Positions 21,815 to 32,700 of a stretch of 64,000 bases of DNA are shown in pieces. Each line of letters starts with the position of its first letter. Within the stretch, counting starts at the first letter, position 1. Under the pieces are notes generated by a model. That model was not told where the DNA came from. It saw only the letters and a list, made by a program, of their open reading frames with translations, and ran no database searches. The stretch is from Klebsormidium nitens (taxonomy: Eukaryota; Plantae; Klebsormidiophyceae): NCBI GenBank assembly GCA_000708835.1, contig DF237066.1:1-64000 (forward strand), given 5' to 3'. The translations under genes were made by a program, and so were the position numbers.

Positions 21815-23740
21815 TATTTGTGGTTCTCGCCGTAAAGATCCTTGACACCAAGAAAATACAGTTGGGCAAGTGTACTTTCCGGTACGCCCGGGTACCGGAA
21901 GTTAACGCTTTGCTCCAATCATTATCATTGAGCGAATCAGATGCATACCACGTGTTGCTCCGAAGTACAGTCCGGAATTTGTTGGCAAGACCTTTTCCGA
22001 ATGTGACCCTTCCATGGACCCACTCCACCCTTCAATACACGGAGCTTGCACGTGCCGGGCGCGTGCCAGCGAATGGTGCCCGCACGCGGCGGCCGCCTTC
22101 GCACAGCCTGGCCGGGCCCATACCGTACGGTACTGGGCCCGCGCGGCCGGGCGGCCGATCCGATCGGTCGGACCCCGGGGTGCCATGCATGCAACGAGTT
22201 GTAGAGTTTAAAACTTTAAAAGTGTGCAATGGGTGTGCAATATAGCAACTTGAAGCAACTTGATCGAAGCGATATGATCGTGGTGCTGCTTCCACTTTCA
22301 CTTCCGCCGCCGCACCTTAGAGTATAGTGGCGCGGTACCTTCGTATCTTCCCCATATCTTCTCTTTGTCTCGTTGTGATCGTTGCGGCCGTTGCTGCTAT
22401 CGATCATGTCGGAGGGCAAATTGTGGGAAGGGATGAGAATGAGACGACTCGTGTTGTCCACATCATGTGGGCGTAATTCTGCCCAACAGTACAACAGAGA
22501 CAGAAACACAAATCAGGAAAAGGAGATTCTTGAAGAGCCTGTGCATGGCAGTGTGTGGGGCAGAGAGCCGCCCTGAGCCGTGCCTGAGCCCTGTGCAAGG
22601 CATGTAAAGGGACTAGGATCGATCGAATGTGATGCGGGAAGGAATAGATGGATGCTGATGGAGAATGGAATCCGCACGGAATCCATGCTTGCTTTCCAAC
22701 AAACATCTATTGATGCTCGTTTTTAATGTGGTGGTGCATTTGACATCTTTGATGCAGGCTATATAAGTTATACCTTCCCGATCTTGCGCTATCTCTTTGC
22801 TTTCAACGGTGACCATATATTTGATTGTGTCCTTTCTTCGACTTGACCGTAGATGACTGCGGGAGTTCTGTAATTGCTTGCATGACACAAGCAATATATC
22901 ACCGGCCTTCATCCTAATTGCGGTATAGTCGATACAATATCAATCAAGGCCCGCTCAACAATTGCAATGCAGCATGAGCGCGCGCGGATGATAACATAAA
23001 ATCAAGGGCGATCCGCGACGGGCCATGCACGCTTTCTCTTTGATCTTTGCAGAAGAATGTCAATATTAGAGCATGACCCAAAATCTTATCTCTCCGCGTT
23101 TCCAATTGATCAGGCCTAAGTGAATATATTTTCAACGCTGCGGCGGGCCCATGAATTGGTCCTGATAGCCTCAACTAAAAACATGATCGATCCGAAGCTA
23201 GATAAGACAAATGCTGGGCGACGAGTATGGACGGTGTGCGGTGGCATGAAAACCACATGCATCGTGGCTTTTCGAGGATGAATTTTTAAGACCAATTGGA
23301 GCTGGACTCAGGCAACTTTCAAATCTACAAAATATGGATTGGTGGAGTTCAAGGTTAATGTTTGACAGCTTTGCAACAACTCTGGCGAGCTTTTTCGAAT
23401 CTTCTGAGACACCAGCCTTGCCAACTTGCAAACTTACTAACACATCAGCTGGACACAACTGACTCAGTTTAAATAAAAGCACAATACTTAGACTGTCTCG
23501 TAACGTTGGTCTCGAAAGATTGCTCGCTGTCGCTGCTGCATACGAATGGCAACCAGTCCTTTTAGTTCAACACGTATTGGATGCCCATAAACCTTCATCT
23601 GCTTAAGCAAAGAGAATAACCGTCGGACTTACAACTCGAAGTACGTCTACAGATCATTTGACTACCTTTTGCTCCAACCTAATGGTCGACTCATTCTCCA
23701 ATATCAGTGGGCGGTGTTAGACCAAACGAATCTCTCTCCT

Positions 23741-26700
23741 TCACATGGTACTCGGGGCCGAGCAACAGAAGCCGCCCAGTGGCCGCTTGAACCCCGCGAG
23801 CTTCTTCTTTGACTTTGCATACGCGGGGTCATCCTCCCTCACCCCCAGATCCTCAAAAATACCCACAGCCCTTTCCAGCAGCGGCTGCGCTTTTTCCTTT
23901 CGCCCTTGCGCCTCGGCGCATTCGGCCATGTTAGTTAGCAATTCGGCCGTCGCTCTAGTGGCAGTCTTAGTCTCCTCATGAATGGTTAGGGCCCGGTTGA
24001 ACAGCGGCTGCGCCTCAGCGTACCGCTTGCGGCACATGTGCACACTACCGAGCGCGTCTAAGCTGGCGGCGACCTCGAGCGGGCTTGCGGGCGAAGTCCT
24101 TCCGTGCAGAGCGACGGAACGATGTGCGGTGGCGAGGGCTTCGTCGTACCTGCACGGGGCTTAGCATATGAGTTGAGAAATACGAACTTCCCCACGGTTT
24201 CCGGAATTTTCAGGGTTTCTCTAGATTAGTAAAATCATATATAGTGTGTTAAAGCATAGAGTATGGTCTAAAGAGGAACGAGGGACCACTGTCGCTCGGC
24301 CAGGCCCTTGCTGCAAGTGCACAACGTTTCTATCCACGTTCCAGAAAATCTCCGCATTATGTTCCAAGGAGGGCCAACAATCCCTATGCGACGTAATCAG
24401 GGTTTACATAACCTGTCTGCGGGGGGCGATTGAAGCTGCGCAACAGCAAGGAATGCGTCTCTACCAAGATGCAGGGACTGACATTAGCGAAGACTGCCTG
24501 GGCACGTGTCACGTCAAGCTATGATTCGACACGGGTCTCCAACTATAAAGGAGATCTTGCATTAAGAAATCATCGCGAACTCCTTGATCCCAACGCGCTG
24601 TCTCTTGGGCGACAGGAGCGGACAACGGTTTACAAAAGCCTCCAATTCAGTTATTCAGAGATGCATTTCGGATCTGCGCCCTCACCTCTTCTGTGCTCGC
24701 ATGACCGTTGACGCCTGCGCCAGGCTGAGCGCCAGGTGGCTTGATCCGGTTGGCTGGATGCTTTCCTCGATGGTCAGGGCTCGTTTGACTGCGTCCGACG
24801 CCTCTTTCTTGCGCCCTTTGGCCTGGTATAAACTCGCCCCAAGCAGAAGGCTCCGGGCGACTGTTGGGGATCGGGACGGAAGCGCCGACGCCTGCAAATG
24901 CGCTCGTACGACGTGAGGACGGTGCTTCAACGGAGAAACGAGGATGGAAATCTGGCTTTTTGAGAGTGGCTTTATGACCGCTCTTGGCGTTTTTTTCCCA
25001 ACAGGCTGCAAGCGACAGTCAGAGATCGGGGCGGAAGCGCTGACGCCTGCAGAAGCTTACGACGTGAGGACGGTGCTTCGACGGAGAAACGAGAGTAGTT
25101 GCCAGAATTGAGGACTTGGCAGTATGGGAGCGACTTTGTGAACGCTCTGGGCGTTCGGCCCCGAAGAGGTGGCTGCGGGCGACTGTTGGGGACGGAAGCG
25201 CAACCGCCTGCAAATCTAGGGTGTTACCTAAGGCTGGCGCTTCAGAACAAAGTTGCGGCAAAATCAGGACTCCTGCGTTTCCAGAGCGGCCTAGAAATGC
25301 GCCTGGCCGAACACAAGCTGCGAAGGGATAGAAGCGCCGTCGTTCAATTATCTGTGGTATACGACGTGAGGACGGCGCAGTCAGAAAAGTCAAGATTGCT
25401 CCACACTGGGGGACTTCTGCAATCTGAAAAGGACTCTATGAACGCTCCGGGCGTTCGACCCCGAACGGAAAGCTGCTGAAGCGCCACCGCCTGCGGATTG
25501 ATTCGTACGACGTGAGGATGGCACTTCGACTAGAGAAAGGATTCCCGTTGAGATCAGGGCTTCGCGTTTAAGAACCGAATTTTCGGATGCACTTGACGTT
25601 CGGCCGCATACAGCACATTGCAAGCCAGCATCGCCGTGTGGGTGGAAAACGCAAACGCCCCCACGAATAAGATGTCGATCTGGCCGCTGTGAACAACCAC
25701 CGGGAGTTACATCGGAGGATCTGAGAGTACGCATGTATTGCCTTTGGAGTGCAAGGTTGCTGTACAAGTCTTGGCAGCTGAGGGCCCCTGTTGGGGACTG
25801 ATAGAAGAAGCAACCCAAAAGCAAAGCACAGGTCTCTTCTTGGTGGATTTGGACAGGATATCTTTATTCATTAATGATGCGATTTCAAAAGTAGATGCAA
25901 CGTCGAGATGTTGCATTCAGACGTCAGCTCCTGCGGGCCAGGCGATATTGGAACGGCAGGGAAGTCTAGTTTGGCCTACGAAGTACCTCGGAAATCGATA
26001 GTCATTGCGGAAGAAGTAAAGTCTGGTTCAGGTACCTTGTTTGAAGTGTAACAGACACTATTGATCATATTTTCGCGTACAAGACCATCAACTGACTCCC
26101 CAACCAGAGCGCTTTTGTAGATCACTACTCGAGCACCTTTTCCCCAAACGCGAGCGGCTTTTTCCACTCTCAATGTTGCACGTTCTCTTCTTCCTTTTGC
26201 ATGTGACGATCCAGCTGACCATCTCCCCATCACGAGACTCTTTCCAAGCTCTCATCCGTGAGGCCCAGAACCTCAGCACAACTCTGCCGCCACACCAAAC
26301 AACACGCCTGCAGTCCCCCGGAGCTCACCTGGATCTTGGCGGCTTCCTCCCAGCACGCCAGCGCTGCGTCCATTCTCCTCTGAGCGGCATATGCTTCCGC
26401 TAGCGCCTGTAGCCCGGTCGCGCGAATCGTGCTATTTGGCAGCAGCGCCGCTTGCTTTGCGGCGCGCCCGAACTCGAGTAGGCCTACCCCCTCCCCTGCT
26501 GTTCCCCCCGCGACTTCGGCGGCCGCTTGCCGTTGGCGGACCTCGAGAACCACAAGGTGAGACGCACCTGCACCAATACGTTCTTATACGTTCTCAATGG
26601 ACTGGTGATTGGAGATTGAATTGATGTTGGTAACGCATACGGTGAAGTCTACGTTAAGTCTACAAACAATCGATCCCCTCATTCTTGTGGTTGCCCACTC

Positions 26701-29700
26701 GTGAAAGTCAGTCGCTTTTCTCGTCTCGTCTCACGAGTGCTAACCTGACCCTGCTTCGTGGTTGCAGAATGCGCAGGTTTTATTGATCAACAGGTAGGGC
26801 TTCACTTGTTTCGTACGACGGCCGACAAATAATCATCAGTGGATCTGGATAGAGGGGGGTGGGGTTCGACCGACTGACAGAGCGTTGGGAAAACCCTGGG
26901 ACGTTTCAAGGACTTCAAAACCCATTTGCCGAATCCAGCAAGTCGAGAAGAGGATTGTTTTCCTTTCCTGACCGCCAGATAGTGTTGCTTCCTACCAAGT
27001 TTCAGTCAGATTTAACTGCCAAAGAGCACAGCAATGATACAAAGGGCAGACTGTGCTAGGACATTACTCCAGACTTCCCAAACGGAACCCGTCACAATCT
27101 TCCAGGATCTCAAGGGGACCGTATGCATGCTCAACCGAGGCGTTTCAGCTTGGCTTAAAGATGTCCTTCGTCTCAGCATTATAGACCTCAAACGTGCAAC
27201 CGCTGAACCCGATTTGGGCCTGAAAGTCACCCGCTCACTCGAAAATCTGCGGTCGCCTTTGAAACCAACCTTCTCATTCGTGATGGGCGCGCCTGAGTGA
27301 AGCGAAGAGCCAACATCGAAAGCTAAACCGAAGAAACCCTCAGACCCCACCAACCCCCTTGGCGCGCTTGAACAAAAAACACACAATTACATCCCAAAGC
27401 CCCCAAACACTGAATCGAAGACACCCTCCGACCCCACCGACCCCTGCAATGTCTTATAACCGGAAAGGTCTCGCGTGTTGGTGCGCACTCACCAATCTCT
27501 TTCGCGAGCATGTCCCCCGCCATTTTGTACAGCGGGGCCGCTTCCCTGGTTCGCCCCGCCGCGACCAACGCGTCCGCATACGCTACCGCCGTCTCACTCC
27601 TCCGCACATTGTCCTTCACCCAGAGCTTCTCCGCCTGTTCCGCCGCTTCCGCGAGACTCTTGAGCGCCGCTTCTCGGTCCCCGAGCGCCGTCTCCACGCG
27701 GCCCCGCCGCAGCAGAACCTGTGCCACGTGTCCCCCCTCTGCGGTGGCCGGGTGTTCTTTCGCCTGGTCGAGCAGGTGCAGCGCCCCCTGAAGGTCGCCC
27801 TCGCACGCTGCTGCCGCCGCGTGGCCCAGCAGCGCTTCGGGGACCTTTGTGGCGACCAACTCCTTTTGCTCGTGCTCGAGGCTCGTGCGCAGGGACGGGC
27901 TCCAAGACTTGCGCCGTGTTTGGTACGCCGACGCGGGCCGCGCGACGATAGGCGTCGCGCGCATGAGAGTGTCGCCCTCCTGCCGCAGAACCTCGGCGGT
28001 TGCCTCCGGGGAGCCGTTCTTGAGGGTTTGGAAGCGCCCGAGGTGGGGGGATACCGAGCGGGGCGTTTTTGGGGGGGTGGGGCGTTGGAGAGGCGTGGAA
28101 GTGCTGCGGCGGAGGCTGCTGGGGAACGCGCTCGGGCTCATGGAACGTAGCGGGGGGGTCTTGGTGTTGCGCTGGATGCGCTTCCTGCGATGAGCCGTTT
28201 CATTTGAAAGTCAGCAAACAGACACCCACATATCATGTATAATGGCAATTTCTATAATCCGGTCTTCCGTGATACGTTGCTTCAATCCTTGTTCAGAAAT
28301 CGGCTTCATCGGGATGCTTTTGGCTTCAGGTCTGTTACCAAAAACGTGCCCCATGGTCCAACCAGGAGTACCGCTCGAGGAGTAGCGAGTATATAGATAG
28401 CGAGTCGCATGTGGCCGATTTGAATATTGTTCAAGCGGGGTCGCTCATTTCACGGCGTGGAAAGGGGACGGAATCGGAAGCGCCAACAGTGGGTGTTGAG
28501 TTCATCAGGATTTGGTGAACCTCTCGATTCAAGAAGTTGATCGTAAACCAGAATGTACTTCCAGCGGAGTAGCCGAAACACCCAGCAACCTTGAAAGATA
28601 ACATGATTGAAACCCCGCCCTTGGGCATGGAATGGTCCCCTGATCATCCGACCCTCATAAAGACAGGATACACTCGAACCCGAACCCTGGAACCCTGTCG
28701 ACCTGGAAAAAGCTTTCCTTGAAGGCAAAGAGCGATAGCATGCTTTCGTTTTCCAGTAAAGATATCAATCAGCCAGACTCCTACCTGGGCATGCCGAATG
28801 CAGACACGATCGACAGCGCACTCTTGGGCGTAGACGCCTCGCTGCCCCCGATGATTGTCTCCGCCTTTCCGTTCCCCTCGGGAAGCGGCGTCGTGCGCAG
28901 GTTCGGTAGCGCAGCATGAAATATGTCCAGACTGCCACTGGGCGAACCAGGGGACTCGGGGGACTCTGGTGTTTTTTGGGGGGCGTATACGGACATGTCT
29001 TGGGACTGGGAGATGTCGAGGGGGAGCGGCCGCACGCCCGCCCGGAAATTCTTGGGCATGAACGTTTCTTCTTCGTCTGGGGGGGAGAACAGGGTACAAG
29101 ATAAGGGGGCTGTAAGGGAGGTGGGGCGACACCCATTTGACGACAACGGCGTCGAAGTTTTTGGCATAGAGATTTATTCTTTGTTTTGGGCAAAAGCAAA
29201 CGGGCTTCATGCCGGATGATGACAAGGTGAAAAGCAACTGCTCGGTAAGCATAGACAAAGGCGGTCTCGGTTTCAAGAGGATTGAGCGAGTCGGGGCATC
29301 GAGTTGAGGAAACGCTAGCCAGTGTAACCGGAAATAGTAACATGGGAAGAGAGGGGCTTTGAGCTGGTGAGGCGAAGGGGGCGGTCAGAGCGTGGCGTTT
29401 TTCAAACATCGAGCGACCACAACGGCGGAGAGCTGGCGGTCCCAAGATACAGACGATGGCGCAGCAACAATCAAAGACTAGCAGCAGCAACTCCCAAGAT
29501 TCTCAATCCGAGAATGTCTACGTCTTGCATGGGAATACTTTCAAGTTTGGCCTTCGACTCCTTTGATTTGTACACTACAGAGGAACCAGAGAACCATTGC
29601 CAGCCGGCTTCACTGCTTGCGTCCGTGCGGGCCGGATTTACGTGGCGGGCCGCTCATTCTGATGCGCCCCAACGGCTAAATATTACCTGCGGAGTTGCGA

Positions 29701-32700
29701 ACCCGCTGAACCTCGTGGGCTTCTGAAGTATCGAAACCCCCCTGATTTTGAAACCCTGATGCTACTGAATTAAATCGTCACGTACCTGCAAGCTTGGCTG
29801 CTTGCGTCTGCGCCTGCCAGATATGCGTGGCGGCCACGCACTTGCACTGCGCTGCTAATCCTTGCACACTTGTGAGCTCGCTCTGCCATGTGGGCTCCTA
29901 ACGTACCCCAATTCTACCCTGAATAAACCCCTGAGGACCTTACGTCCTAGGAGTATAGAGCGTCTCTTACCTGCGGGCTCGGCTGCTTGCGTCTGCGCCT
30001 GCCAAATCTGCGAAGCGGCCGCATACTTGCGCTGCGCTGCTAGGGCTTGGGCCTGCATGGCCGTGAACTCGCTGCGCCACGTGGGCTCCTCCTTGCCGAG
30101 CCACGCGAGCGCCTGCGTGCACAGCGCCTCGGCTGCGGAGTACTCCCCCGACCCCGCCACGAAGAATTGCACCGTCTTGAGCCCGATCAGCAGCACCAGT
30201 TGCCTGCGGTGCAAAGGGAATGCGATAAAAAAGGTGGAGGCGTTTTCGATAGCGTAATTCAACACCTGGATACCGAGTGTCTACCAGTACCCGAAACCGA
30301 ACCCAGAACTTGGTCGAAAGAGCTGTCACTCTACCTCGCACGAAGAAATCTTGCTGATCCGATGGGGCAAAGAGGATTCGGATTCTTAGGTCTCTTTCGC
30401 TCAATAAGCAAGGGCCGAAGCACAAGTATCCTGCAAACAGTCAACTCGGACCAGACCGGATTACGACTTCGCAAGGAAGCAATCCTGCTACCCTCGTCTG
30501 TCAAGCATGACACATGAGCGTCACACTGTTTGAACTCGAAAGATTGATCTAGGAGGTACAACGGCCAGCTTGCCAGTACAGCATGGGTGAAACAACTTTA
30601 TCAGTTAATCTAATGAGTGTGAGAAAGGCCCCTTCTCACCACATGCTCAACTTGCAGACTTTGGGTGTCCGCCTCCCCTACGCTGAACGGACAAACGAAA
30701 GGAGCGGAAGCAAGAGGGCCGTGAATCAGCCAACGAACAAGGCGAACAACAATGTGAAGGGGGAGAACGACGGAAGAGGAGAAAATGCAAGGGATGCCCG
30801 GGGCTCACTTTCTGGCGTACGAGTCTGAGAGCTCCGCACGGCGCGACCAGACCGCCCGGAAGTGGTCGCTGTTGCTCCAGTCGCAGCTCGTGCTCGCAAG
30901 AGCGCGCAGCATCGAGTGGTGCCCCCCCCGCTTCTTATCCGCTGCCACGTAGTTTCTCAACACTGACGGGAAAATCACCGACCCGTCCCCCTGCCGCGTG
31001 GCAATCCCGAGGCGGCTCAACTCCACCAGCGCCGCCTCGACTTTCGTGCTATTCACGCGGCTCCCAATGTGCCACTGGAGGCCGCTGACCAGCAAATCTA
31101 GGGTGATCGCCCCGGGCCCGAACCACCCCCCGACGAGCGCGCTCGTCGATGCGAGAAGCGCCTTCTCCTTGCCGCTCTCTTCTAGGAACCGCAGCGCTTC
31201 GTAACAGCAACGGCCGAGCCAGAATTGACCCGAACCGTCGCTGCGCTTGCGGTTGCTCTGGAGCCCTAGAGGGTCCGCGTTCGCGAGGAGAGCAGAGGGC
31301 ACAGCGGCGCCTTCGCGGAAGAGGCACGCCGCAACAGCGACCGTCAAGGTGAGGTCCTTGAACGCGGCGGCCGCGGCGGCTAGATTGCCCTCGGCTGCTG
31401 CCGAAACGGGTTCCTCGGAGCCGCGCAGCAGGGCCATCGCGTGGCCGTCGGTTAGTTCAGGGACCTCCACCTGCGACACGGGGACTTTAGGTGTCGAGTT
31501 TTCGAACAAACCGGATGGGTTTCCTTAGAGACGCCGGAGCAAGGCGATCGTGTGATCATATACCGACTCTGAAACCTCTAAGTGCAGCGAGACAAATTCG
31601 GGTGAGAATCCAGTCAAGGGTCAAGGGTGCATCAGCTTAAGAGGGCCACAAAAGGCGCAGCAAGTCGCGCAAAACGGACTTTCTATGTTCACAATATTCA
31701 ACACGCGAGGAGACTATCATCACTTGACGTTTCTAACGGATTGCACCATTTGGGTGACCAGGCACTGCCGGGACAGGGGGGCAGACAAGTTGATACAGCA
31801 TGCGTTCACCCCCAGCGTAAACTCTGTGGGCCTGTGCGTTTCGGAACCAGAAATTTTCCCTTGACACCCCCTGCGGAAATAAAACGAGTCGTGCTTCATG
31901 TCTTTCTGCCTCAATTGCTTTTTATCTTTCGAGTCACCCTAATGATCAGAGTCCTTAAACATATCATATTGATACAGTCGACAAGTAGAAAGGAAATTTC
32001 GAATCAGAACATGCATAGCCGATCCCTCATGATTACCCCAAGACCACCTACCGGCTCCCCCAAACTTCCACAAAACACTCCTTCCAAGCGCAACGAGATA
32101 CAGATTTAACGACCCTGAAAGTCCAGGACCCTTACAACCCCAAACGGTCAGAACTGTCCCTGCAGCCTCACAGCTACAGGAATACACCTTCGTCTCAGGC
32201 GTGCTGGCTGTGACATCTATACGGAGCTCACCCCCACTGTTGTCAAACCGGCAAGCTCCCATCCAAAACCCTAGACTCTGAAAACTCAAACCCTGTGATT
32301 TTGACGGCATCTCACCTCGGCAGAGCCAGCCACCTTCATTTCGGGCGTGCTGGTGGTGACAACCAGGTGAAGCACACCCCGCTCATCGGTCGGCACCATC
32401 GTGCTTAAGTTGACGTTCTCGTCCGCCCCGTCGATGACGAGTAGCAAGCGCCCCGGGTATGCTTGGATGCCAGCTCGCACCTGCGCCGCACGCTCCTCCC
32501 AGCTTGCCTGTGCGATGAGGTCCACTCCCAGGTACGCACCGAGTTGCAAGTAGCGCACGCGCCACGCGGGGGTGCTCGCGGAGAGCCACAGCACCTTGTC
32601 ATACTGCGTCAGGTGTCTGCGAAGCCGCGGCGAAACGAGATTGAGTCTTGCGGCAGAGGAGGGAACCATGACGGGGACTTTCAAACGGGGGAAGAAATCA

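Noticed and set aside
22030-23200. GC-rich palindromic patch (22030-22190) and adjacent short ORFs as a further TE or gene
   Set aside because: No terminal repeats, TSD, splice-consistent model or recognisable protein motif.
26855-26885. GGTTCGA T-loop-like motif
   Set aside because: No cloverleaf stems or D-loop. I found no tRNA or rRNA anywhere in the window.
27359-28193. Plus-strand ORFs 27359..28150 and neighbours
   Set aside because: Antisense to the TPR exon 28184-27493.
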